The translations under genes and the position numbers were made by a program. From the IMG/VR virus record IMGVR_UViG_3300046535_002148, positions 1-64,000 of that record: DNA of 64,000 bases. One strand, written 5' to 3'. Positions 18,795-27,778 of the stretch are shown here, in pieces. The notes beneath the pieces were generated by a model that was not told where the DNA came from, did no database searches, and saw only the letters and a program-made list of their open reading frames with translations. Source of the DNA: a virus. Numbering within the stretch: the stretch's first letter is position 1; each line of letters opens with the position of its first letter.

Positions 18795-19475
18795 ATGTCC
18801 GTGCTCACCGACACCAAGCTGGTCGCCCAGTCGGGCAACAGCAAGACCGGCCCCATCCCCGTCACCTACCGCACCGACGCGACGTGCCCGACGACGTGCC
18901 CGCTCCTGCCCACCAACGGCGGCGGTTGCTACGCCTCCGGCCGACTGTTCGCGCTCGCCCGCAAGTGGACCGACGACATCACCTTCGAGGAGGCCGTCGC
19001 GGTACTGAACCGCGCACCCCGCAACGCCACCCTGCTGCGGGACCGTGTCGTCGGCGACCTCGTCACCGCCGACGGCGAGTTCGACTGGCAGTACATCGAG
19101 ACGATCACAGCTGCCGCCCAGGCGGTCGGGCTCAAGCCGTTCGGCTACACCCACGCCTGGCGTCTGCTCACCGCGGCCGACGTCCAGCGGATCAAGGCGC
19201 TGGGCTACGCACTCAACGCCAGCTGCGAGACCGAGCAGGACGTGCTCGATGCCACCGCGCTGGGACTGCCGACAGTCCTGGCCGGTGACAGCTGGACCGA
19301 CGGCCAGATGATCGGCGAACGACGGGTCGTCACCTGCCTGGAGACCACCCGCAACCTCAACTGCGCCGCCTGCGGACTGTGCGCCACCGACCGTGCCGCT
19401 GTCGTTCGCTTCCCCGTCCACGGCTCGGCCCGCGGCCGGGCCCGCAACACCCTGGCTGCGCTCGTCGCCGCCTGA
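18795..19475 (+). CDS. gp88/DUF7227-like Cys-rich (radical-SAM-like) protein
   Basis: NSKTG, TCPTTCPL...GCYA, VGD, GYTH, NASCE, NCAACGLC. Confidence 0.6.
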   Translation: MSVLTDTKLVAQSGNSKTGPIPVTYRTDATCPTTCPLLPTNGGGCYASGRLFALARKWTDDITFEEAVAVLNRAPRNATLLRDRVVGDLVTADGEFDWQYIETITAAAQAVGLKPFGYTHAWRLLTAADVQRIKALGYALNASCETEQDVLDATALGLPTVLAGDSWTDGQMIGERRVVTCLETTRNLNCAACGLCATDRAAVVRFPVHGSARGRARNTLAALVAA

Positions 19476-19492
19476 TTCCGAGAAACACCCAC

Positions 19493-19519
19493 TGAGACTA
19501 GCCAGTCGGGCTAGTCTCA
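19493..19519. promoter_or_regulatory. perfect 11-bp inverted repeat upstream of ku
   Basis: TGAGACTAGCC-N5-GGCTAGTCTCA. Confidence 0.45.
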
Positions 19520-19562
19520 TCATCTGCTCGCCCGGCCAGGCGCGAGCTGAAGGGATCTGCAC

Positions 19563-20408
19563 ATGTCCGTGAGCAAAGAGGTTCCGTTCTCCATCGGTCT
19601 CGTCACCTTCAACGTCGACCTGCACTCCAGCGTCGAGAAGGACAACCGTGGCACCGGGCTGTCCAACTTCTGCATCGGCAAGCCCGGTGCCGTGCGGCAC
19701 GAGCCGCTCAAGACCGTCGCCCCGCTGCACTGCCCCGACCTGGGGTGCGGCAACGAGGACCGCAGCTCGTTCGAGAAGTTCAAGAAGCAGGGCAACGGCT
19801 GGGTCCACGTGCCCGACGGTGTCGTCATCGACGCGCAGGACACCGTGCCCACCAAGGGCGCGGGCATGCGCTTCACCGGCCACCCGACCAAGGACGTCGA
19901 CCAGCACATGATCGCCATCGACGCCCCCTACTACCTCGCCTACACCGGCGCTGCCGGTTCGGCCGGGGCCGAGGCCTACGCACTGATCGCCAACTGGGTC
20001 GGTGCGAACGGTGACGTCGCCCTGCTCACCAACTACGCCGTCCGCACCGCGCCGGCGATCTACCGACTGCTGGTGAACGACGGAGTGCTGATGCTGCAGA
20101 AGGTCTGCTTCCCCTCGGACATGCAGGCTGCGCCGATCGTCCCGACCCAGTTCAACCCCGGGTACGTGCCGATGCTCACCGAGGCGATCCGTTCCAACCT
20201 CGACGAGTTCGACCCGGCGAACTGGGCCGACACGCGACGCGCACTGATCGAGGCATACGACTCCCCCGACGCGCCGGTCACCGCCGCGGCCGACGCCCCG
20301 CTGGCACCGGTGTTCGACCTGACCGCCGCACTGGCCGCAAGCATCAAGGCACCGGCCGAGGCGAAGTCGGTGCGCAAGCGGGCGCCTCGCAAGAAGGCCG
20401 CTGCCTGA
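19563..20408 (+). CDS. ku: Ku DNA end-binding protein
   Basis: SIGLVTFNVDL, PYYL, AYAL, VLMLQ, FDP..W.D, DLTAALAASI, basic C-terminal tail. Confidence 0.85.
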   Translation: MSVSKEVPFSIGLVTFNVDLHSSVEKDNRGTGLSNFCIGKPGAVRHEPLKTVAPLHCPDLGCGNEDRSSFEKFKKQGNGWVHVPDGVVIDAQDTVPTKGAGMRFTGHPTKDVDQHMIAIDAPYYLAYTGAAGSAGAEAYALIANWVGANGDVALLTNYAVRTAPAIYRLLVNDGVLMLQKVCFPSDMQAAPIVPTQFNPGYVPMLTEAIRSNLDEFDPANWADTRRALIEAYDSPDAPVTAAADAPLAPVFDLTAALAASIKAPAEAKSVRKRAPRKKAAA

Positions 20409-20423
20409 CACACCGTCACATCA

Positions 20424-20455
20424 CGCCCGGGTCGCTGGAAACAGCGACCCGGGCG
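20424..20455 (+). terminator. 14-bp perfect hairpin with GAAA tetraloop between ku and ligase
   Basis: CGCCCGGGTCGCTG GAAA CAGCGACCCGGGCG. Confidence 0.55.
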
Positions 20456-20481
20456 AAGCGGTACCCGAGGAGAATGCTGAG

Positions 20482-21423
20482 GTGGACATGATCGAGGAAA
20501 TGCTCAAGCAGAAGCCGATGCTGTGCTCGTCGCACCGCAAGCTCGGCACCGACATCGACGCCGTGATCGAACAGCTCTCCGGCAACCACCTGTTCCAGCC
20601 CAAGCTCGACGGGATGCGCTGCATCGCGATCGTCGACCATGACGACGTCGGTCTGATCAGCCGCGTCCGGGGCAACATGAGCATCCAGTACCCCGAAGTC
20701 GTTGCCGCACTGCGCAAGCTGGGCACCACGGCGGTCCTGGACGGCGAGCTCGTGCACTTCGGCGCCGACGGCAAGCCGGTCTTCAATGCGATGAGTCAGC
20801 GCAACAGCCAGCGCCACGGCGCGCGGATCGTCCGGTCGATGCACTCCCTGCCGGTCACCTACGTCGCCTTCGACATGCTGTGGGCACCCAGCGGTGACCT
20901 CCGCCGCCGGCCCCTGGAGCAGCGACTGGACGAGCTGGGGCGGTTGGGCCTGTCCGGCAAGCTGCGGACGTGCGTCACCACCGGCAACGGCGTCTGGCTG
21001 TGGCGCGAGGTCTGCGAACAGCAGCTGGAGGGACTGGTCGCGAAGAAGTCCGGCTCCCTCTACACCGGCGACCGTTCGTCGAACTGGGTGAAGATCAAGG
21101 AGGTCCACCAGGGCTCATTCATCGTCCTGGCCGTCCTGTCCACCACGACCAAGAAGGTCGGCAAGATCGAGGTCTGCGTACTCGCCGACGGACAACCCAA
21201 GTCGATGGGTGAGGTGGGCACCGGCTGGACCGACCGGACCCTCGCCGAGGTGTCCCGACGTGCCGCGCAGTACGCGGCGGCGCCGCACGACACCGCACCG
21301 GTCGTGGTCGACGTTGCCTTCACGGGGTTGTACTCCGACGGCAGGCTCAAGCACGCTGCCTTCAAGGGGATCCGCGACGACATCGACTGGCGCGACTGCA
21401 CCGATGAGCAGGAGGGGCTGTGA
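20482..21423 (+). CDS. ATP-dependent DNA ligase (LigC/LigD-ligase-domain-like)
   Basis: KLDGMR (motif I), VLDGEL, AFDML, EGLVAK, WVKIK, OB domain VGTGW...GIRDD. Confidence 0.92.
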   Translation: MDMIEEMLKQKPMLCSSHRKLGTDIDAVIEQLSGNHLFQPKLDGMRCIAIVDHDDVGLISRVRGNMSIQYPEVVAALRKLGTTAVLDGELVHFGADGKPVFNAMSQRNSQRHGARIVRSMHSLPVTYVAFDMLWAPSGDLRRRPLEQRLDELGRLGLSGKLRTCVTTGNGVWLWREVCEQQLEGLVAKKSGSLYTGDRSSNWVKIKEVHQGSFIVLAVLSTTTKKVGKIEVCVLADGQPKSMGEVGTGWTDRTLAEVSRRAAQYAAAPHDTAPVVVDVAFTGLYSDGRLKHAAFKGIRDDIDWRDCTDEQEGL

Positions 21424-22595
21424 CCGCACGTCGCAAGGACACCGCCGCTCGACTACGAACCGTCGTGGAGGAGCTTGACACGCAGTTCATCGGCCGACGT
21501 GAACACATCGTTGCCACCGTGGTCGGGTTGCTCGCCGGCGCGCATTCCTACTGGATGGGTGAGCGCGGGACCGGCAAGACCTCGCTTGCGCACGCGGTCT
21601 GTTCCAGGGTCACCGACGCCCGGTTCTTCGACTTCACCTTCGACCGTCAGATGAGCAAGGACGACGTGTTCGGTCCGACCGACATGCGTCGGGTCAACGA
21701 GGAAAACCTCTGGGTGCGCAACACCGGCAATCACCTTCCCGGTGCCCACCTGGCCCTCGGCGACGAATTGGACGAGGGCTCCACCTCGACTCTGAACGCT
21801 CTTCGCGCGCCCTTGTTGAACCGCCAGTTCTTCAATGGCGACCTCGGCATGCAGGAGATGCCGCTGATCTCCTTCATCGCCGCCTCAAACAGTTCCCTGG
21901 ACACCACCCGGTTCAACCTCGGCGCCCTTCAGGACCGCTTTCTGCTGCACCTGGTCTTCGAGCCCCTGTCGGCACCGGAAGAACTGCTGCAGCTGATGAG
22001 CGCGGTGCCGGACGCAAAGCCGGTCACGACCATCACCCTGAGGGACCTGCTGGCCGCGCAATCGGCAGCCGCCGCGGTGAAGATCCCGGTCGAGGTCGTC
22101 GAGGACGTCGTAGCTCTGTACCAGGACCTCACCGATGCCGGTGTACCGGTCTCCAACCGCCGGCTGCGTGAATGCCAGTCACTGATCCGCGCCCTGGCCT
22201 GGCTACGTGGTCGCGACCAGGCCGAGAAGCTCGACCTCGAAGTGCTGCGGCACTGCTTCTGGACCGACCCGCAGCACCGCGACGTCGTTCACCAGAAGAC
22301 CCTCGACGCGGCCGGGCTGACGGCACTGGCCGAGGCGATGAGCCTGGTCCAGTCCTGTCGCCGGCGGCTCAGCGAGCACGGCGGGTCGACCCAGGACCGC
22401 TCCCGATTGGGTTTGACCGTCCTGCGGGAACTCGACGAGCTGCGCTCTTCGTTCCAGTGGGAATCCCACTGCCAACCGCTCACGGTGGGCCTCACCCATG
22501 AGGTGTTGCGAGCCTGTCTTGATGAGGTCACAGTTATGGCACTGCGAGCCACCGGTTATGACGAGGACTCGGCACGTGAGCGTGCCTCACGGTGA
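21420..22595 (+). CDS. MoxR/RavA-like AAA+ ATPase
   Basis: GERGTGKT, DVFGP, LGDE, IAASN, ALQDRF, VSNRR. Confidence 0.88.
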   Translation: MTARRKDTAARLRTVVEELDTQFIGRREHIVATVVGLLAGAHSYWMGERGTGKTSLAHAVCSRVTDARFFDFTFDRQMSKDDVFGPTDMRRVNEENLWVRNTGNHLPGAHLALGDELDEGSTSTLNALRAPLLNRQFFNGDLGMQEMPLISFIAASNSSLDTTRFNLGALQDRFLLHLVFEPLSAPEELLQLMSAVPDAKPVTTITLRDLLAAQSAAAAVKIPVEVVEDVVALYQDLTDAGVPVSNRRLRECQSLIRALAWLRGRDQAEKLDLEVLRHCFWTDPQHRDVVHQKTLDAAGLTALAEAMSLVQSCRRRLSEHGGSTQDRSRLGLTVLRELDELRSSFQWESHCQPLTVGLTHEVLRACLDEVTVMALRATGYDEDSARERASR

Positions 22596-24019
22596 GTACC
22601 GTCGAAGAACTCCTGCTGCGGTTCGAGCGACTGGCCGCTCTGGCGTCGCTGTCGACCGACCTGGTGGAACGTGATCGCCTCAGCGATCGGGTTGTCCAAC
22701 GAGAGGCCGCGCGCGAACCCCTTGTCACTGCAGCGAAGGTCCGTACGGTGGCGCTGGTGAAGGACCTGTTCACAGTTTTCTGGGAACGGCAGCCGCAGCT
22801 GCGGCCCGCACACGAGGTGCGACCGGACCTGCGTGGCAATCTTCGGACGCTGTCCTACGTAGTCCGAGCACGCAATACGTACGGCCTCGCACGTTACGAC
22901 GAGTTCGAGGCGACGTTGGCGACGCTGGCGGTCCTGGAGCACCTCGACCAGCCGGTCGACATGGACGCACTGACTGCCCTCGTGGGCGGCGATGACCTGG
23001 ACGCGCTGGAGGCGGCACTGGACGCCGCGGAACAGTCCTTCGGGGACGACTCCCCAAGAGAGCTCGGGGAGGTCACCGCCGCCCTCGATGCGGCCAGGAC
23101 CCGTGCGGCCGAGGAGACGGCATTGGCGATGGCGTGGGGCTTCTCACGTTCGGAGCTGTCCAATATGAGCGTCGCGGATCGTCTGACCCTCACCAAACGA
23201 CTGTCCACCCCCGCACTGCGCAGGCTTGCCGACGAATTGGGACGTGACGTGACCAGTAACTCCGGAGCCAGCTTGGGAGTTTCGGTCACGCGATCGGGCC
23301 AGTTCAGCGACGTGGCGCCGACCTCCGAACTCGAGGACACCCTGCCGTCCCAGCGCGCCCGGTTCGGTACTACCAACCCGGTAGTTCGACTCCTGACACT
23401 GCGAGACTTCGCCGACGGCGCGCTGCTCGGGGAGGTGCGGGAGGAGCAAGTGTTCACCCGTGGCCCCGTGGTCGTCCTGGTGGACTGCAGCGAGTCCATG
23501 ACCAGCCATCACCAGGACGGACTGACCCGCGAGGCCTGGGCGAAGTCGGTGGCACTGGGCGTGCTCGGACACGCACCTGACCGCGAGGTCCACCTGGCCC
23601 TGTTCTCCGGCCCGGGTGAGTGGCGCAGCTGGCGCTTCCCCGCCGCTCCGGAGCGCCGCCGCACCGAGGACACTCTGGCGTTCGTCGAGTCGACATTCAG
23701 GGGTGGCACCGACCTGGTGGGGGCCGTCGACCGGGCGTTGGGCCTGATCGAGGAGCGAAGCTCACTCACGGAAGCGGACCTGATCGTGATGACCGATGGT
23801 CAGGTGTGTCTTCCCAGTCAGTGGGCGATCCGGGTCAATCGACGCAAGGTTGCCCTAAGATCCGCCTTCAAAGCAGTCGTGATTGGCCCCGAGACCCTGG
23901 GCGACCTCGATCAGATCTGTGACGACATCCGCACAGTCGAGGAGTTGTGCCGCCCAGGCGACACCGCCAGGGCGCTAACTGGGGAGCACCACGTGGGCGA
24001 ACAGAGTGGGGAACGCTGA
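22592..24019 (+). CDS. vWA-domain protein (ViaA-like partner)
   Basis: MIDAS DCSES, GGTD, MTDG. Confidence 0.85.
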   Translation: MSTVEELLLRFERLAALASLSTDLVERDRLSDRVVQREAAREPLVTAAKVRTVALVKDLFTVFWERQPQLRPAHEVRPDLRGNLRTLSYVVRARNTYGLARYDEFEATLATLAVLEHLDQPVDMDALTALVGGDDLDALEAALDAAEQSFGDDSPRELGEVTAALDAARTRAAEETALAMAWGFSRSELSNMSVADRLTLTKRLSTPALRRLADELGRDVTSNSGASLGVSVTRSGQFSDVAPTSELEDTLPSQRARFGTTNPVVRLLTLRDFADGALLGEVREEQVFTRGPVVVLVDCSESMTSHHQDGLTREAWAKSVALGVLGHAPDREVHLALFSGPGEWRSWRFPAAPERRRTEDTLAFVESTFRGGTDLVGAVDRALGLIEERSSLTEADLIVMTDGQVCLPSQWAIRVNRRKVALRSAFKAVVIGPETLGDLDQICDDIRTVEELCRPGDTARALTGEHHVGEQSGER

Positions 24020-24993
24020 TGCAGGCGATCGGGTACCTGGTCCTGTTCTCCGTGCACGGCACGTCCAAGCCGGTGCGTATGGAGCTGGAGCGGGCCAGGG
24101 CGTTGTTCGACGACCTCGGCCTCGATCCGAATCACATTCCCGACAAGCTGCACCCGTTCTTCGCTTTCCAGGCGGCAAGCAGTTCCACGACGGTGGATTA
24201 TTCGAACAAGGATTGGGATTTCCAGCTCCGTGCGCAGGTCTCGCGGCGCGGTGACGAGTTCGAGGACCGTCACGTGATCCGACACGGCGTGAGCCGGCGG
24301 ACCCGTCGCCCGCAGCCGGCGTTCCTGATGTCGGTGAAGTTCTTCCACGGCGAGAAGGGTCGCGCACCCGAGGTACGCCGCACCGTGGCCGCTGAGCTCC
24401 TGGACGCCTCCAACCAGGTCATCGGTGACCTCGCCACCGAGGACCGGCGGGCAGCCAACGAGTGGTGGGCGGCGTTCAACAACCAGTACGAGGAGCTGCA
24501 GACACACCTCGCGGCCGACCAGTTGCGCACCGTAATTCGTGACTCGATCCTGGATTCCGACGGAATTCTGATCACCGCTCGCAGCGGTATGTACTTCGTT
24601 CCGGCTGAATACAACGACACGATGATCGCTCTGCGGGAATTCGTCGAGCAGATCTCCGAGGAATGTCGCCTTCATCTCATTCCTGTATTCAAGGACCCGA
24701 ATACTCTAAAACTTATCGCTGACGCCTGGCAGGACTCGGCCGAGACAAAAGGACAGCGTATTCTTTCTGAAATTCAACGAATCACCGTGAAGATGCGTAC
24801 GCAGCGCACCACCCGCGTCAAGCTGGAAACAGTCACCAAGTACCGCGTCGCCCTGGAGGACTACCAGGTGCGCATCGCCTATTACCGCGAACTGACCGGC
24901 GTCCCGACACCTGCAGGTGTCGCTGCGATCGCCCGGACCATCGACGAGGAAGTCGCCTACATGCAGACCCGGATGCCGAAGGGGCCCAAGTGA
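24019..24993 (+). CDS. DUF6744/DUF3150-like protein
   Basis: GYLVLFS N-terminus, GMYFVP, helical C-terminus; TGATG coupling to vWA. Confidence 0.55.
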   Translation: MQAIGYLVLFSVHGTSKPVRMELERARALFDDLGLDPNHIPDKLHPFFAFQAASSSTTVDYSNKDWDFQLRAQVSRRGDEFEDRHVIRHGVSRRTRRPQPAFLMSVKFFHGEKGRAPEVRRTVAAELLDASNQVIGDLATEDRRAANEWWAAFNNQYEELQTHLAADQLRTVIRDSILDSDGILITARSGMYFVPAEYNDTMIALREFVEQISEECRLHLIPVFKDPNTLKLIADAWQDSAETKGQRILSEIQRITVKMRTQRTTRVKLETVTKYRVALEDYQVRIAYYRELTGVPTPAGVAAIARTIDEEVAYMQTRMPKGPK

Positions 24994-25916
24994 GCGAATA
25001 CCCCACCACCTGGGACGACTACATCGGCCAGGCCAAAGCCAAACGCGCCCTGCGGATCGCGGCCGAATCCGCTCGACTGCGCGACGTGCCCATGTGCCAC
25101 GTCCTGATCACCTGCCCCGACGGAGGTGTCGGCAAGACGGCACTGGCGACCCTGGTCGCGATGCAGTTGGGCTCCCGGCTCGAAACCATCTCCGAGCCGC
25201 CGGACCCGACAAAGTTCCGGTCCCTGATCCTGGGCATGGACGACGGTGACGTCCTGCTGATCGACGAGTTGCACCGCTTCGCCAAGGTCCAGTACCTCCA
25301 TCACCTGCTGCAGGACGGCCTCGTCACCGGCCGCGACGGCGTCCTGGAGCCGGCTCCGGCAATCACCGTGATCGGCGCGACCACCGACGTCCATGACCTG
25401 CACGACACGATCGTCGGTCGATTCCAGATGCGACTGGACCTCGAGCCGTACACCACCGAGGAGGCGGTCGACATCGCCAAGGTGATGAGTCGCCAGATCT
25501 TCGACGGCCTGCGCTTCCCCGACGACCCGTGCCTCGAAGACATCGTCGAGGCGACCAACCACAATCCCCGCGCCATCAAGCAGTTGTTGTCCACCATTCG
25601 TGACGAGGCGCTGGTCGGCGAGACGGAGTGGGAGGAGGGCTACGGCTGGGTCATCGAATCCGCGCTGGACACCTGCAACCTGCGTCGCGACGGCCTGCGC
25701 GACGAGCACCTCGCCTACTTGCTGCTGCTCAAGCGCATGAACGGCCAGGCCGGACTGGTCAACCTGGCCAAGCAGCTCGGCGGCAAGAAGGCGGTCGAGA
25801 AGATCGAGCGGCTGCTCTTTGCCCGCGATCTTGTCGAGCCGACATCCAGTGGGCGGCAGCTCACCGCCGACGGTCGGGACCGAGTCCGACACGAATCCGA
25901 CACCCTGGCCGCTTAG
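24990..25916 (+). CDS. ruvB: RuvB-like Holliday junction branch-migration ATPase
   Basis: WDDYIGQ, HVLI..GVGKT, LIDELHR, VIGATT, GRF...LEPY, NPR, C-terminal wHTH ending SGRQLT. Confidence 0.8.
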   Translation: MSEYPTTWDDYIGQAKAKRALRIAAESARLRDVPMCHVLITCPDGGVGKTALATLVAMQLGSRLETISEPPDPTKFRSLILGMDDGDVLLIDELHRFAKVQYLHHLLQDGLVTGRDGVLEPAPAITVIGATTDVHDLHDTIVGRFQMRLDLEPYTTEEAVDIAKVMSRQIFDGLRFPDDPCLEDIVEATNHNPRAIKQLLSTIRDEALVGETEWEEGYGWVIESALDTCNLRRDGLRDEHLAYLLLLKRMNGQAGLVNLAKQLGGKKAVEKIERLLFARDLVEPTSSGRQLTADGRDRVRHESDTLAA

Positions 25917-25964
25917 CACAACCGTCTGCCAGACTGACAGCTTCAGCACGAAGGAGATTTGCGG

Positions 25965-26156
25965 ATGCCGCCCAGCAAAAAGATCGTAGCCGCCGTCGTA
26001 CCGGTGGAGGTTGACCCTACAGAGGAGCTGCGCCTGTCGTTGCGCAGTAGTCTGGATGCTCTGAAGGCAGTGAACCTGCGTCGCTACCGCGGCGAGACCC
26101 GAGACGGTGTGCGCGAGCTCCGCACCGCGACTGAAAAGCTGCTTCAGTCCATCTGA
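25965..26156 (+). CDS. small hypothetical protein
   Basis: AAGGGAG RBS. Confidence 0.55.
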   Translation: MPPSKKIVAAVVPVEVDPTEELRLSLRSSLDALKAVNLRRYRGETRDGVRELRTATEKLLQSI

Positions 26157-26233
26157 AGCCCCCGATAGGTCCAGCGGCTTGACCGACCGCCCGCTCCGCA
26201 GCCACGGGGCACCGCCTGAGGGAACCGTTTTCA

Positions 26234-26461
26234 ATGCCCAGAGTCACCCGAAAATCAACGCTCGTGAACGTCAGCAAACACCTGGACGACGCCCGACGGA
26301 TCAAGAAGCAGCTCGATGCGCTCTATCCGGACATGCGTAAGGTCCCGCTGAAGGACCGCCAGGCGATCACCGATGCCAAGGCGAGCATCGAGAACATGAT
26401 CGCGATGCTGCAGCAGTTGATGGAGCAAGAGTTCGGCAACGGCAGAGTCGAAGTCGAGTGA
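26234..26461 (+). CDS. small coiled-coil protein
   Basis: GAGGG RBS; ends at the convergent terminator. Confidence 0.6.
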   Translation: MPRVTRKSTLVNVSKHLDDARRIKKQLDALYPDMRKVPLKDRQAITDAKASIENMIAMLQQLMEQEFGNGRVEVE

Positions 26462-26507
26462 CGAAACGAGCCCCCGGCCGGGACAACCGGCCGGGGGCTC
26501 GTTTCGT
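26461..26507. terminator. bidirectional terminator between convergent blocks
   Basis: 21-bp perfect inverted repeat ACGAAACGAGCCCCCGGCCGG with 5-nt loop. Confidence 0.85.
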
Positions 26508-26519
26508 TGAGGGGTTGGG

Positions 26520-27113
26520 CTACACCGGGATGGGCACTTCCGGCGTGCACGGGCGCGCCCGGTCGGCCAGCTCCCCCACCATCCGGAAGTCCTGCCGCAG
26601 GACGCGCTGCATCGCGCTGTCGCGCAGACCCTGGGCCGGGTGGAACAGCGGCAGGAACGTGCGTCGGCCGCGGTGGAAGGGCCGGCCGTGCACCGAGTTG
26701 ATGCGGACGTTCGGGACGAACGCCTGGGCAGCGGTGCGACCGCACAACAGAATCAGTGCGGGGTCGACGATCTCGATCTCCTGGTGCAGGTACACCCGGG
26801 AGGCGCGGACCTCCGCATCCGACGGCGCACGACCACCGGGCGGCTGGAACTTCAGGACATTGGTCAGGAAGACGTCGCCGCGGGTCATCCCGACATCGGC
26901 CAGCAGCTGCTCGAGCGAACGGCCGGACGCACCGACGAACGGCCGGCGCTGGTGGTCCTCATCCGCGCCGGGGGCCTCGCCGATCACCATCACCTTGGCG
27001 TCGCACGGACCCTCGCCCGGCACGAAGGACGCCCGGGTCGAGAGATGGACGAACCGGGGGTTGGCGATCAGGTGGCTGTAGAGGTAGCGCAGTGCTTGGG
27101 TCTTGTCCTGCAT
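26520..27113 (-). CDS. uracil-DNA glycosylase, family 4-like
   Basis: GEG, IGEAPG..ED...PFVG.SG, TNVLK, FHPA; GGAGAAGGA RBS before ATG 27113. Confidence 0.88.
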   Translation of the reverse strand: MQDKTQALRYLYSHLIANPRFVHLSTRASFVPGEGPCDAKVMVIGEAPGADEDHQRRPFVGASGRSLEQLLADVGMTRGDVFLTNVLKFQPPGGRAPSDAEVRASRVYLHQEIEIVDPALILLCGRTAAQAFVPNVRINSVHGRPFHRGRRTFLPLFHPAQGLRDSAMQRVLRQDFRMVGELADRARPCTPEVPIPV

Positions 27114-27156
27114 TCCGTCCTTCTCCTCCATGCGGTGAACTGACTGGCTGTCAGAT

Positions 27157-27474
27157 CTACTGCCGTGACCAGCGCCGCAACTGCATCGCGGTGACACCGG
27201 GGCGGTGCACCACTTCCTGCAGCAGGGGGCGCCACATGCGGGCGTGCGGGCCGTGCGCGAGCTGGAGATGGCAGTCGTGCCACGGGGACCACCCGAGGCT
27301 GACCAGGTTCTCCACGACGTGCAGGCCCCCTTGACTCCGGAACTCAATGTGGTGCAGACAGACGTTCTCGTCATGGCGTCCGCACAGCCGGCACTTGAGG
27401 CCGTCCCTCTCGTGCACGAGCTCGCGGATCGCCTTCGGGACCGCCCGGGTCTCCTCATCCCCCCGGGGTGTCAA
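27157..27474 (-). CDS. HNH endonuclease
   Basis: ERDG..CRLCG...HHI..RSQGG...NLV...CH. Confidence 0.8.
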   Translation of the reverse strand: MTPRGDEETRAVPKAIRELVHERDGLKCRLCGRHDENVCLHHIEFRSQGGLHVVENLVSLGWSPWHDCHLQLAHGPHARMWRPLLQEVVHRPGVTAMQLRRWSRQ

Positions 27475-27778
27475 AGCCCATCCCGAGGTCCTCCTCCTCG
27501 CCGATGGCGGACAGCTGCATGGCCGGGATGGCGTCCACGTCCTCCAGCACGTCCTTCACCAACGCGATCGCCGCCTCGCGGACGGCGTCCAGCTCGTCGT
27601 CGTACTGGTCCCCGTAGGGCACTCGCAGCGAGTGGGAGTGGACGATGCCGTTGGCCTTGAGGTCCCGGTCGGGCACGACGTAGACGACGGTGACCGCATC
27701 GACATCGAACTCCACCGAGGCGATGACCGGTCCCCTGGCCACCTCCGGTCGCGGCCCCTCGATCGCGCGCAGCTTCAC
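27455..27778 (-). CDS. hypothetical protein
   Basis: GTGA coupling, acidic. Confidence 0.65.
   Translation of the reverse strand: MKLRAIEGPRPEVARGPVIASVEFDVDAVTVVYVVPDRDLKANGIVHSHSLRVPYGDQYDDELDAVREAAIALVKDVLEDVDAIPAMQLSAIGEEEDLGMGFDTPGG

Noticed and set aside
26520-27458. ORF-track long N-terminal extensions (UDG to 27458, tail hub to 41540, major tail to 57432, chaperone to 55835)
   Set aside because: They overlap upstream genes or promoter motifs; internal RBS-supported or coupled starts fit better
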